Below, one piece after another: positions 8,342-18,471 of a stretch of DNA of 64,000 nt. Position numbers and translations under genes: made by a program. Under the pieces are notes generated by a model. It made no database searches, was not told where the DNA came from, and saw only the letters and a list, made by a program, of their open reading frames with translations. Source of the stretch: Spirochaetales bacterium. Its GTDB lineage: Bacteria; Spirochaetota; Spirochaetia; Sphaerochaetales; Sphaerochaetaceae. Each line of letters begins with the position of its first letter. Position 1 is the stretch's first letter. Location: the NCBI GenBank assembly GCA_012838275.1, contig DUPO01000188.1:7623-71622 (forward strand), in the 5' to 3' direction.

Positions 8342-9568
8342 TTACTTCATTATAGCATCAGCTGCTAGTTTTGCAGTTGAAAATGCCGCCTGCAAGTTAT
8401 ACCCGCCTGTATCCCCATCAATATCCAGTATCTCTCCACAAAAATAAAACCCCTTATGGATTTTCGACTCCAGGGTCTTGCGGTCGACCTCTGGCAGGGA
8501 GATCCCTCCCGCTGTTACCATGGCAGCATTGAATCCTTTTTTTGAAGAGACGGTGAATGGGTGTGCACTCAGCAACTCAATGAGGTCCTTTCTTTTTTCC
8601 TTGGTGAGGTTAGCGCAGGTGGTCTGGGTTGTCAGGGAAAGTGATTCGAGCAGCCGTTCGGCCAGGTGTGCTATGATGCCCTCTTGTTTCAAAAGGGTGT
8701 AAAGTTGTTTTTTAGGGTTGTTTGCAACCAGTTCGACCAGGTCATCTCTCAGTGTCTCCCTGTTTGAGCAGGGAAGAAGGGAGACCTTCATACGATCACC
8801 CTTTCTAATCTCTCGTGAATTGTTCAGTATTACAGGGCCTGAGAGTCCGTCATGGGTGAAGAGCAAATCCCCAGTTGACAGAGTGTACCGCTTGGTATCC
8901 CCGGCATGGAAGAACTCAACCAGAGATTCTCTGATAGAGTTGCCGGCTATGGAGGTATAAGGATAGCCAGTTACTGAAATGGCTACGAGGGCCGGGGAAG
9001 GGGAGACGATGCTATGGCCCAACATTTTAGCCAGAGCGAAACCGGATCCATCGCTGCCGGTTGCCGGGTAACTCATCCCTCCGGTAGTCAGTACAACTGC
9101 CTTTGCTTGGAACTGCTCGTGTTCAGTGTGTACGGTATAGGTTTCGCCTTGTTCGTCTTTGGTTAGCGAAATAACCTTTGCATTGGTCTTTGCTTCAACC
9201 TTGTTCCTTGATGCTTCTCCCTTCAGGAGGTCCACCACAGCCTCTGCTCTCATACATGAGGGGAAGAGCTTCCCATCATCACGCTCGGTCAGTGGCAAGC
9301 CATGGCTTTCAAACCAGAGCCTTGTTTGCCGTGTAGTCAGGTTCAGCAGGGCAGGTTTGAGGAAGTTGGCCTGGGTTTTGTTCCCAAAGTGCTTGAGAAA
9401 TGATGAGGTGTCCTTATTGTTGGTGAGGTTGCACATCCCTCCTCCCGTGATAAGGAGCTTTTTGCCTAAACGGGGAGTTCCTTCCAGAAGCAATACGTTT
9501 TTTCCTGTTATGTTCGCAGCTAGGAACAGGCCAGCCGCCCCTCCGCCGATAATGATTACGTCGTACAT
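8342..9568 (-). CDS. HI0933/YhiN/BaiN-family flavoprotein
   Basis: IIGGGAAG, GKKLLITGGGMCNLTN, TTGGMSYPATGSDG, GEILDIDGDTGGYNLQAAF. Start moved to MYDVIII. Confidence 0.9.
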   Translation of the reverse strand: MYDVIIIGGGAAGLFLAANITGKNVLLLEGTPRLGKKLLITGGGMCNLTNNKDTSSFLKHFGNKTQANFLKPALLNLTTRQTRLWFESHGLPLTERDDGKLFPSCMRAEAVVDLLKGEASRNKVEAKTNAKVISLTKDEQGETYTVHTEHEQFQAKAVVLTTGGMSYPATGSDGSGFALAKMLGHSIVSPSPALVAISVTGYPYTSIAGNSIRESLVEFFHAGDTKRYTLSTGDLLFTHDGLSGPVILNNSREIRKGDRMKVSLLPCSNRETLRDDLVELVANNPKKQLYTLLKQEGIIAHLAERLLESLSLTTQTTCANLTKEKRKDLIELLSAHPFTVSSKKGFNAAMVTAGGISLPEVDRKTLESKIHKGFYFCGEILDIDGDTGGYNLQAAFSTAKLAADAIMK

Positions 9569-9649
9569 GCCTTTCATCATAGCAGAGAAGCAGGAGCGGT
9601 TTCCATGTTTGGAGAGCACCTGTGTTGGAAAAAAATCCCTTGTGTGGGA

Positions 9650-10660
9650 TCAGATATCATAATAGGTCTTGTACCACTGTACGAACCGGTCAATGCCGAC
9701 TGAAAGGGCAGTATCAGGCTTGAAGTCGAAGTCCTCCATAAGGGCAGAAACATCCGCATAGGTCTGGTACACATCACCTGGTTGCATGGGCAGGAACTCT
9801 ATCTTTGCCTTCCTTCCCAGGGATTTTTCCAAGGTTTCAATGAAATACAGGAGTTTTTCCGGACTGTTGTTGCCAATGTTGTAGAGCTTGTACTTGTTTC
9901 CCTGTTCATTGGGAAGGGGAGGATTGCAGAGGATCCTCTGGAGGGCTTCGACTATATCATCGATATAGGTGAAGTCACGGTACATGTCTCCCTGGTTGAA
10001 GACCTTTATGGTTCTTCCCGCAAGGATCTTTTCAGTGAAGGAGAAATACGCCATGTCGGGCCGGCCGTAGGGTCCGTAAACAGTGAAGAATCTCAGCCCG
10101 GTCGAGGGTATGCCATACAGGTGACAATAAGAGTGGGCGAGCAGCTCGTTGGATTTCTTGGTTGCCGCATAGAGGCTGACAGGGCTGTCGCTCTTGTCGG
10201 CGGTGGAGAATGGGATCTTGCTGTTCATCCCGTAGACTGAGCTTGATGAGGCATAGAGCAGATGTTTGACAGGAAAATGCCTGCAAGCTTCCAACACATT
10301 GAAAAAACCTACCAGGTTCGCTTGCAGGTAGGCCTGTGGATTGTCTATGCTGTAGCGAACTCCTGCCTGGGCAGCAAGGTTCACCACTATTTGCGGCTTG
10401 AATTCAGCGAAGGTGGCGTCAAGTTTTTCCTTGTCAGCGAGATCCCCTTCGATAAAGGTGAAGAGCAAATCATGTTGAGAGAGGACTTCCAGTCTTGCCA
10501 TCTTTAGGGCTGGATCGTAGTAATCGTTGAGATTGTCATAGCCTATTACCCTGCATCCCAGTTCTAGCAGCTGTTTGGTAAGATGAAAGCCGATGAAGCC
10601 GGCACTCCCTGTAACAAGATATGTATAGCTTGTATTGAGCTTCTGATAGTCCTTTCGCAT
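9650..10660 (-). CDS. UDP-glucuronate 4-epimerase-like NAD-dependent epimerase
   Basis: GSAGFIG, NLAAQAGVRYS, YAATKK, GRPDMAY, PMQPGDV. Confidence 0.88.
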   Translation of the reverse strand: MRKDYQKLNTSYTYLVTGSAGFIGFHLTKQLLELGCRVIGYDNLNDYYDPALKMARLEVLSQHDLLFTFIEGDLADKEKLDATFAEFKPQIVVNLAAQAGVRYSIDNPQAYLQANLVGFFNVLEACRHFPVKHLLYASSSSVYGMNSKIPFSTADKSDSPVSLYAATKKSNELLAHSYCHLYGIPSTGLRFFTVYGPYGRPDMAYFSFTEKILAGRTIKVFNQGDMYRDFTYIDDIVEALQRILCNPPLPNEQGNKYKLYNIGNNSPEKLLYFIETLEKSLGRKAKIEFLPMQPGDVYQTYADVSALMEDFDFKPDTALSVGIDRFVQWYKTYYDI

Positions 10661-10722
10661 AACACCCCTCTTCTTTTACCGTAATTCTACAGCATTAGTG
10701 AACTCTTGAGTAGTCTGGACGT

Positions 10723-10753
10723 AAAAAATGGGCTCCTCTGATGGAGCCCATTT
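10723..10753 (-). terminator. Rho-independent terminator of the NCS2 permease
   Basis: AAATGGGCTCC-TCTGAT-GGAGCCCATTT, with a poly-U run on the minus strand. Confidence 0.8.
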
Positions 10754-10767
10754 CTCGTTCTTAACGC

Positions 10768-12054
10768 TTATAGGGCGCTGAATACAACCTTGAGAACGAA
10801 CAGGGCAAAAACTACCCATGTCATTACGGAAACATCTTTGGACTTCTTGGTGAAAAGTTTCAAGAGGACGAAAGAGAGGATTCCGAACATGATACCATCG
10901 GCGATGCTGTAAGCAACAACCATGAAGATGATGGTCAAGAAGGAAGGAATGGCTTCGGTCATATCGTCCCATTCGATGTCCTTGACAGGAGTCATCATCA
11001 TGACACCAACGATGATCAGTGCGGGAGAAGTTGCAGCACTGGGAATAGAAGCAAACAGTGGTGCGAAGAAAAGGGAGAGGGCGAAGAGAATTGCAACAGT
11101 AAGTGCTGTCAATCCCGTGCGTCCGCCTTCTACGACACCTGAGGAGGACTCCACAAAAGTGGTGACCGTTGAGGTACCAAGAACAGCACCGACGGTGGTT
11201 CCGACTGCGTCGGCAAAAAGAGCTTCCTTACAGTTAGGAATGGAGCCATCTTCCTGGATCATGTCAGCCTTGGTGGCACAACCGATGAGAGTGCCGACCG
11301 TATCGAACATATCCACAAACAGGAAGGTGAATGTGATTACGACAAAATCAATGGAGAGGATGTTGGAGAATTCAAAGGGGAAGAAGTAGGGGGCTGGGGG
11401 AACGTAGGAACCGCCTGCATATTTGGTAATTCCAAAAGGAATTCCTATGATGGTGGTTGCTATGATTCCGATCAAAAGGGCGCCCTTCACTTTAAAGGCC
11501 AATAGAATTCCAGTGATGATAAGACCGATCATCGCAACACCAGCGCTTCCTGTGAACCAGCCGGGGTTGAGGCCGACAAGAGTGGCGCCTCCGATGATGA
11601 TTCCTGCATTCTGCATTCCGATGAAGGCAATGAAGAGGCCGATACCAACTCCGATAGCCCGTTTGATGTTTGCCGGGATGCTGTTGACGATAGCTTCCCT
11701 GATATTGACGGCAGTCAGGATCAGGAAGATGATACCTTCAACGAAAACAGCGGTAAGGGCAAACTGCCAAGAATGTCCCATGCCCAATACGACAGTATAT
11801 GCCATGAACGCATTCAGTCCCATTCCCGGGGCCAATGCAAAGGGCAAGTTTGCCAAAAGGGCCATTACCAGCGTGGCTATTGCAGAAGCTATAGCAGTTG
11901 CTGCAAAAACCTTGGAGAAATCCATTCCAGTGTCTGAGAGGATTCCAGGGTTGACGGCAAGAATGTAAGCCATGGTGAGGAATGTTGTAATTCCTGCCAA
12001 TACTTCTGTCTTGACGTCCGTCTTTCTTTCTTTAAGTTTAAAGAATTTTTCCAT
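10768..12054 (-). CDS. NCS2/AzgA-type purine (adenine/guanine/hypoxanthine) permease
   Basis: EVLAGITTFLTMAYILAVNP, APGMGLNAF, FDTVGTL, VESSSGVVEGGRTGLTA. Multiple TM helices. Confidence 0.9.
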   Translation of the reverse strand: MEKFFKLKERKTDVKTEVLAGITTFLTMAYILAVNPGILSDTGMDFSKVFAATAIASAIATLVMALLANLPFALAPGMGLNAFMAYTVVLGMGHSWQFALTAVFVEGIIFLILTAVNIREAIVNSIPANIKRAIGVGIGLFIAFIGMQNAGIIIGGATLVGLNPGWFTGSAGVAMIGLIITGILLAFKVKGALLIGIIATTIIGIPFGITKYAGGSYVPPAPYFFPFEFSNILSIDFVVITFTFLFVDMFDTVGTLIGCATKADMIQEDGSIPNCKEALFADAVGTTVGAVLGTSTVTTFVESSSGVVEGGRTGLTALTVAILFALSLFFAPLFASIPSAATSPALIIVGVMMMTPVKDIEWDDMTEAIPSFLTIIFMVVAYSIADGIMFGILSFVLLKLFTKKSKDVSVMTWVVFALFVLKVVFSAL

Positions 12055-12357
12055 CGATGCACTCCTTGCAGATGATTGTCGGTTCTATTCTAGTACAAGA
12101 GTATGGAGTAGTACAGTAAAATCTTTATTTTTGAGTGTTTCGTTACTATTTTAACATTTTTAAATTACAAAATACCTTTAAATTAAAGAGAAAATATGAT
12201 ATATACAGAAGTATTGTAAATTGAAATGATATGATATTGAATTTTTATGTAAATTTAGTTTTTGGACAAATTTCACTAATCCTCCCCCTTGAACTATCAA
12301 TGTAAGATGGTACACTGGGAAGTAAGAACATGTGTTATTCTAGATAAAGGAGGAGAC

Positions 12358-14109
12358 ATGCCTCAAAGCAGACAGATCAAAGAACAAATGAAGCGTGTTT
12401 TAGATGTGGCCACAGGTCGCCAAGAGGCTGACCTTTGCATAACAGGGGCTCACATTCTTGATGTATATAACAAAGAGTGGTTCTCTTCTGACCTGCTCAT
12501 CGCTGATGGACTCATTTGTGGCTTTGCCAAAAGTGGGAAAGGGCGGGGCAAAGAGGTTGTTGATGCCAAAGGAAAGTATCTTCTCCCCGGTTTCATCGAC
12601 GCCCATGTGCACATAGAGTCTTCACACAGTACCCCTGAGGAGTTTTCCAACCTGGTGGTCCCTTGCGGTACCACTACAGTGGTGGCGGATCCCCATGAAC
12701 TGTGCAATGTGACGGGTCTTGCAGGACTGGACTATATGATCAGGGCAACGGAAAACACCCCCTTGCAAGCATTCTTCATGGTCCCCTCATGCGTCCCGTC
12801 CACTGAGTTTGAAAATAGCGGTGCGGTCTTGCATGCCCCTGAAATAGCGAAGCGCATCGGACATGATCGGGTGCTGGGGCTTGGGGAGATGATGGACTAT
12901 CCGGGGATAATAGCTGGTAATGACCTTGTGTTGGACAAGATACTGGAAGCAAGGAAGGTGGGAAAACCCACCGATGGACATAGCCCTGCGATCTTTGGTT
13001 CCGACCTGGATGCCTATGCCTCCACCGGTATCAGGACTGACCATGAGTGTGAGACAGCTGAAGAGTTGCACAGTAGGGTGCGTCGCGGCATGTATGTCAT
13101 GCTCCGTGAAGGTTCTGCCTGTAAGAATGTCTTGGGCTTGCTCGGCGGGGTGACCCCTTCCAACAGCAGGCGCTGCCTCTTCTGTACGGACGACCGGCAA
13201 CCCAAGAGCATCCTGAAGGATGGACATATCAACAACAACGTGCGCATTGCCGTCTCTGATGGTCTTGATCCCATAGAGGCCATCTGCATGGCGACTATCA
13301 ACAGCAGCGAGTGCTATAATCTCAAAGACCGCGGAGGGATCGCCCCCGGGCTGAGAGCTGACCTGGTGCTCTGCAATGACCTTACGGATTTTTCAATGAG
13401 CCGTGTCTATATAGGAGGTGAATTGGTTGCCCGCGACGGACAGATTCTCACGAAGATCCCTCCCCATCATGACAAGAAGGTCGCCGGCAAGATGCACGTC
13501 AAAGGGTTTTCCGTCTCCCGGTTCGAACTTCCTCTGAAGAAATCACATGTGCGTATAATCGATATCGTTGCTGGGGGAGTAGTGACCAAAGCCGGAGAGG
13601 CTGAGGTAAAGCTTGAAGAGGGGAAATGGGTGCATGATCCGGATGTTGATATCGTCAAGCTTGCCGTGATCGAAAGGCACAAGGGAACAGGCAACATGAG
13701 TGTTGCCCTGATCAGGGGCCTTGGATTGAAGGGTGGGGCGATAGTCTCATCGGTAGGACATGATTCGCACAATATAGTTGTAGCAGGAGACAATGATCAG
13801 GATATGGCTTTTGCTGTAGAGCATCTCATACGTCTCGGGGGAGGGATGGCCCTGGTCAAGGATGGCAAGGTCCTTGCCTCGCTTGCCCTGCCCATAGGCG
13901 GCCTGATGAGTGATAAGAGCAGCCTGGAGATCGCCAAAGCCCTGGATAACCTGCATGAGGTTGGGCAGGAGGAATTCTCCCTACCCAAGGACCTGGACGC
14001 ATTCACGACCCTCAGTTTCATGGCGTTGCCGGTGATACCTGCCTATAAGCTCACCGATATAGGACTATTTGATGTGAGCAGCTTCTCATTTGTTCCTCTG
14101 GAACTGTAG
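12358..14109 (+). CDS. ade: Adenine deaminase
   Basis: DAHVHIES, GLGEMMD, DGHSP, TDHE, CTDDR, HDSHN. AGGAGG RBS before ATG 12358. Confidence 0.92.
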   Translation: MPQSRQIKEQMKRVLDVATGRQEADLCITGAHILDVYNKEWFSSDLLIADGLICGFAKSGKGRGKEVVDAKGKYLLPGFIDAHVHIESSHSTPEEFSNLVVPCGTTTVVADPHELCNVTGLAGLDYMIRATENTPLQAFFMVPSCVPSTEFENSGAVLHAPEIAKRIGHDRVLGLGEMMDYPGIIAGNDLVLDKILEARKVGKPTDGHSPAIFGSDLDAYASTGIRTDHECETAEELHSRVRRGMYVMLREGSACKNVLGLLGGVTPSNSRRCLFCTDDRQPKSILKDGHINNNVRIAVSDGLDPIEAICMATINSSECYNLKDRGGIAPGLRADLVLCNDLTDFSMSRVYIGGELVARDGQILTKIPPHHDKKVAGKMHVKGFSVSRFELPLKKSHVRIIDIVAGGVVTKAGEAEVKLEEGKWVHDPDVDIVKLAVIERHKGTGNMSVALIRGLGLKGGAIVSSVGHDSHNIVVAGDNDQDMAFAVEHLIRLGGGMALVKDGKVLASLALPIGGLMSDKSSLEIAKALDNLHEVGQEEFSLPKDLDAFTTLSFMALPVIPAYKLTDIGLFDVSSFSFVPLEL

Positions 14110-14112
14110 GCC

Positions 14113-14868
14113 TCAGTAAATAAGGGTCTTTTCTCCAACCGTGCATACGGTCATTTCAGTATCATAGAGGGTGGTCAGCAGAGAACTGGTGACTACCCTC
14201 TCTTTTGTACCGAAGGAGAGCAATTTGCCGCCCTTGAGCATCGCCACATGCGTAGCCAACTCATAGGCAAACTGCGCATCATGAGTCGTAAAGATGATTG
14301 TCTTTCCCTGGTCGTGAAGCAGGTTGAGTATCTCGATGACTTTTCTCCTGTTGGCAGGGTCTAAGGCAGAGGTCGGTTCGTCCAAGAGGAGGACCTTGCT
14401 CCCCTGAGCTATGGCACGGGCTATGAGGACCAGCTGGCTTTCACCACCGGAGAGGGTGGTGACTGACCTCTTTGCAAAGGAAGCCATCCCTACCATTTCA
14501 AGTGCCTCATAAGCAATACGGACATCCCCGTCGGAGGGAGAGGCCATCTCTTTCAGGTAAGGTGCCCTGCCGAAGAGCGTATACTCCAGCAGGGTGAAAG
14601 AGAAGTTGTAGTGTTCGCTCTGAGGGACAAGGGCTATGTTTCTTCCCAATTCCTTCCTGCCGTACTCCTTCAGCGGTTTTCCAAACAGAAAGATGTTCGA
14701 GGAAGGCTTCCAGCCGAAAAGCAGGTCCAAAAGCGTGCTTTTCCCCGCACCGTTCGAGCCGAGCAGTGCAAGGGTTGTGAATTGTCCTACCTCAAGGGAG
14801 ACATTCGAGAGGGCTCTGGTCCCGCTTGGGTAGGTAAAGCTGAGATTGTCTATTTTGAGAGCTGTCAT
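14113..14868 (-). CDS. FecE/BtuD-type ABC transporter ATP-binding protein
   Basis: GSNGAGKS, LSGGE, LLLDEPTSALD. Confidence 0.9.
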   Translation of the reverse strand: MTALKIDNLSFTYPSGTRALSNVSLEVGQFTTLALLGSNGAGKSTLLDLLFGWKPSSNIFLFGKPLKEYGRKELGRNIALVPQSEHYNFSFTLLEYTLFGRAPYLKEMASPSDGDVRIAYEALEMVGMASFAKRSVTTLSGGESQLVLIARAIAQGSKVLLLDEPTSALDPANRRKVIEILNLLHDQGKTIIFTTHDAQFAYELATHVAMLKGGKLLSFGTKERVVTSSLLTTLYDTEMTVCTVGEKTLIY

Positions 14869-15887
14869 GCCTTGCCCCCCTGGTGCTTGAGCGAAAGGAT
14901 CACAATGAAGATTATCGCTCCGATAAAGCTGGTGAGCAGCCCTATGGGTATCTCCGTAGGAAGGAGCGTCCTGCCTACGGTGTCACACAACAGCAGGAAC
15001 AGCGAACCCATCACCATTGAGCCGGGAAGGGCTGCCTTGCTGTCGGATCCGAACAGTTTCCGGGCTAGATGGGGCATGATGAGACCTACCCATCCTATGA
15101 GGCCTGTCAAGGAGATTGTCAGGGTCGTCCCTACCGTGGCAACGACCAGTAGGACAGTCCTGTCCACCTTGGGGTTGAGCCCTACCGAGTAGGCGCTCTT
15201 CTCCTGCAAGGAGAGCAGGTTCATTCTCCAGCGGTAGCTGAACAGGATAGCCAGACAGACGAGCACTACCGGCATGATGGTGAGTATTTGCTTCCAGTTG
15301 CTGTTCCATAGGCCTCCCATCATCCAAAATGTGATGTCCTGAAGGTCCTTTGTGGGTTCGGCAACCAACTTGACCACCCCAAGGGCTGAGGAGAAGATTG
15401 CTGAAACGGCAATGCCGGAGAGCACAAGCCTGAGCAGCCAACCTCCAAAACGAAACCGTTTTGCCAGGAAGTAAGAGGCGCCCAGGGCGAGCAGTCCGAA
15501 AAAAGTTGCACTGACCTGCACCATGGCTGAATTGTTGGTTCCGGCTACGATGACAAGTGCTGCCCCAAAAGCCGATCCCTGACTGACGCCGAGGAATCCC
15601 GGCTCTACCAAAGGATTGGAGAAAAGCATCTGGAAGGTAAAGCCCGCGGCACTGAGTATCGCCCCTGCTATGAGGGCGAGCAGTATCCTGGGCAGACGGA
15701 CATTGAGCATGATATTTTGCATCAGATGGTTGGTCGCAAGGTCGCTGGGGAAGGTTAATCCCCCCTTGGGGTATCTTCCAGCAAACAGGAAGAGGACGGA
15801 GAGCAGAAGCAAGGTTGTGAGAAGCAGCAGCAGGATACGCCTGTTGCGCTTGGCTTCACTGCGGTAGGTACGTTCTGTTTCCATCAT
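14865..15887 (-). CDS. FecCD/BtuC-family ABC permease
   Basis: RLPRILLA, NPLVEPGFLGVSQGS, IGWVGLIMPHLAR, EIPIG. Confidence 0.9.
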   Translation of the reverse strand: MMETERTYRSEAKRNRRILLLLLTTLLLLSVLFLFAGRYPKGGLTFPSDLATNHLMQNIMLNVRLPRILLALIAGAILSAAGFTFQMLFSNPLVEPGFLGVSQGSAFGAALVIVAGTNNSAMVQVSATFFGLLALGASYFLAKRFRFGGWLLRLVLSGIAVSAIFSSALGVVKLVAEPTKDLQDITFWMMGGLWNSNWKQILTIMPVVLVCLAILFSYRWRMNLLSLQEKSAYSVGLNPKVDRTVLLVVATVGTTLTISLTGLIGWVGLIMPHLARKLFGSDSKAALPGSMVMGSLFLLLCDTVGRTLLPTEIPIGLLTSFIGAIIFIVILSLKHQGGKA

Positions 15888-16987
15888 TTTTTGTTCGCAG
15901 CTATAGAGGCATTGAAGCGTCCTACAAGATAATCGAGTTTTTCACTCTCATTGATACCGTACATCTCCCTATAGAATGAGCGTACCTGATCCTCCATTCG
16001 CATATCAGTGAAAAATTCGGGGTAGAGATCCTTGGCCATCCACTCAGCTCCGAGTATCCAGCTGGACACCGGCTGCATGTAGCTCATCACATCTGCAGGG
16101 AATCCCTTTACCTGTTTGTTCTGTACGGCTTTCAGGCTGGCCCAAAGGGGAGAATTGTACACTTCCTCGACAAAAGGCTCGGAACTGCTCTTATAACTTA
16201 CAATATAGATGACCTGGGGATCCCAAGCCGCTATCTGTTCAAATGATACGGTAGACCAGCCGCTGGAGGCGACATTAGCTCCCTTCCATACGGCATTGGC
16301 GCCCACCTGGTCGACTATCCAGCTCTGCATCCAAGCGTCTGGTGCGACCTTGAAGGAGTTGACATTGTCACTGCTTACACCTTGCAGCAGCAATACCCTG
16401 ACCTTTTCATCACCAGCTAAGGTGCTTACCTTGTCAGTGATGGTATTCAAGCGGTTTTCATAGAGGGCGAGAATCTCTTGTGCCCGGGCAGTGTTTCTCA
16501 GCAGTTTGCCCAATTCCCTTATCTCAGTTTTCCACTCATCATAGGTTTCCAGGTTCATGGTGAAGTTCGGCACTCCGAGCTGGTCGAGCTTCTGTCCTAT
16601 CGACTCATAGTGTGCGGCCTTGATCAGGACAAGCTCGGGATTTTGGGAGAGTATCTCCTCCACACTTGCCCGCTGGGAAAATCTGGGCGTTTCATCCAGG
16701 GAAGGGCGCAGCAGGGAAAAAAAATCCCCCAGGCCCTGGTCCGTTTTGGAGAGCTGCAAATCCATGGCTTCAACCTCAGGGAAAAGAAAGAGCGCATTAG
16801 CCGGCATGACTGCAGCCTTACCTGCTATCATGACCGAAGTTGGCGTTTCATCCAGCAGGAGAGTCCTGCCGTTTGCATCTGTAGCACGGAAGGAGTCGCT
16901 CACTTGTCCCTGCATCTCTGCAGGTCCTTGGGCGAACAAAGGTAGGGATAGTGCCAGGACCAAGAGGAAAAGTACCGTTTTTTTCAT
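15884..16987 (-). CDS. Iron-complex/cobalamin-type ABC substrate-binding protein
   Basis: Signal peptide LFAQGPAE, VEEILSQNPELV, FEQIAAWDPQVI, LKAVQNKQV. Confidence 0.85.
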   Translation of the reverse strand: MKKTVLFLLVLALSLPLFAQGPAEMQGQVSDSFRATDANGRTLLLDETPTSVMIAGKAAVMPANALFLFPEVEAMDLQLSKTDQGLGDFFSLLRPSLDETPRFSQRASVEEILSQNPELVLIKAAHYESIGQKLDQLGVPNFTMNLETYDEWKTEIRELGKLLRNTARAQEILALYENRLNTITDKVSTLAGDEKVRVLLLQGVSSDNVNSFKVAPDAWMQSWIVDQVGANAVWKGANVASSGWSTVSFEQIAAWDPQVIYIVSYKSSSEPFVEEVYNSPLWASLKAVQNKQVKGFPADVMSYMQPVSSWILGAEWMAKDLYPEFFTDMRMEDQVRSFYREMYGINESEKLDYLVGRFNASIAANKK

Positions 16988-17142
16988 AGTTCAGAGCTCC
17001 TTTAATTGGTAAGACCGGATGCAGTTTACCATTGTATTTATGGAAATGCAATCGCATTTTGCCAATTGGACCCTCTGTTTTCTCCTTGATACCTTCCCTT
17101 ATTCAGTTTACTGTATACATACTATAACAAAGAGGTTACCAA

Positions 17143-18471
17143 ATGGGTGGCAGACGCATTCAAGAAGATATACAGAGGCTGAAAAAGAGCGCTACCATGC
17201 TTTCAGGCAGTAGCGAGTCAGCACGTAACGCCCTGTTGCGCTCGATTAGGGAGGGCTTGTCTAGGGACTGGGCTCTGATCAAGGAAGCGAACAGTTTGGA
17301 TATTACAGAAGCCAGGGAGTCTCAGCTCTCAGACGCACTAATCAAGAGATTGGTTTTCGATGAGGATAAGCTTGCATCAGTACAGCTCGGCCTTAGTCAG
17401 GTGGCGACGCTTAAAGACCCCATAGGAGAGGTTCTGGAACGCAGGCTTCTCGACGAGGGCCTGCTGCTGGAACGGGTCAGTTTTCCGATAGGGGTCATCG
17501 GCATGATCTTTGAGGCTCGCCCGGATGCCTTGGTGCAGATAGTCTCTCTCTGCCTGAAAAGCGGCAACGGTATAATACTCAAAGGTGGCAAGGAGGCTTT
17601 CAGGACGAACTCTGCCTTGGTCGCTTCCATCAAGAGGAGTGCCCGATCCTCACCTCTGGGCGAGGAGTGGGTTACCCTGTTGGAAAGTCACAGCGATGTT
17701 AGTTCGATGCTGAAGATGGATGATGCGATAGACCTGCTTATCCCAAGGGGCTCGAATGCCTTTGTCCGGTATGTCATGGACAATACACATATAGCGGTGC
17801 TTGGGCATGCAGACGGCATCTGCCACATGTATGTGGATGAAAGTGCTGACCTGCAAAAGGCCGTAGCCTGTGCCGTTGACGCAAAGACACAGTATCCGGC
17901 GGCCTGCAATGCTATCGAGACGCTCTTGGTGCACAAGAGTGTTGCCGAGGAATTTATCCCTCTCGTCGCTGCGGCTCTGAGCGGGAAGGGAGTCAGCATC
18001 CATGGAGATGAAGCCACCGCTTCGCTTATCTTTTGCACACCCTTCAAGGAAGGGGACTATCTGATGGAGTATCTCGCTTTGGAGTTGAATATCCGGATAG
18101 TGCAAGACATTGAAGAGGCGATGGAACATATAGCCAGCTATGGCTCCAGGCATACCGATGCGATAATCAGTGAGGATAAGAGTGCCATCAGGCGCTTTAT
18201 GCGCGACGTTGATTCCGCTGATGTCTTCGCCAACTGTTCCACACGATTTGCCGACGGATTCCGCTTCGGCCTGGGGGCCGAGGTCGGGATCAGCACGGCA
18301 AAGATCCATGCTCGCGGTCCTGTGGGGCTTTCGGGCCTTATGAGCAGCAAGTGGCTTCTCAGCGGCAGCGGCCAGACAGTCTCCACCTACAGCGGCCCTG
18401 AAGCGAAGGCTTTCCTCCATACAGAACTGGACACTGAAGGGCAGAGTGTCATAGCGGGGGATGCGAAATGA
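17143..18471 (+). CDS. proA: Glutamate-5-semialdehyde dehydrogenase
   Basis: IFEARPD, ILKGGKEA, IPRGS, CNAIETLL, NCSTRFADG, GAEVGISTAKIHARGPVGL. Confidence 0.95.
   Translation: MGGRRIQEDIQRLKKSATMLSGSSESARNALLRSIREGLSRDWALIKEANSLDITEARESQLSDALIKRLVFDEDKLASVQLGLSQVATLKDPIGEVLERRLLDEGLLLERVSFPIGVIGMIFEARPDALVQIVSLCLKSGNGIILKGGKEAFRTNSALVASIKRSARSSPLGEEWVTLLESHSDVSSMLKMDDAIDLLIPRGSNAFVRYVMDNTHIAVLGHADGICHMYVDESADLQKAVACAVDAKTQYPAACNAIETLLVHKSVAEEFIPLVAAALSGKGVSIHGDEATASLIFCTPFKEGDYLMEYLALELNIRIVQDIEEAMEHIASYGSRHTDAIISEDKSAIRRFMRDVDSADVFANCSTRFADGFRFGLGAEVGISTAKIHARGPVGLSGLMSSKWLLSGSGQTVSTYSGPEAKAFLHTELDTEGQSVIAGDAK

Noticed and set aside
16990-17140. Possible cobalamin riboswitch upstream of the first FecCD operon (AATAAGGGAA on minus strand)
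   Set aside because: No GCCACTG, B12 box or GACCTGCC elements, and the region is too short.
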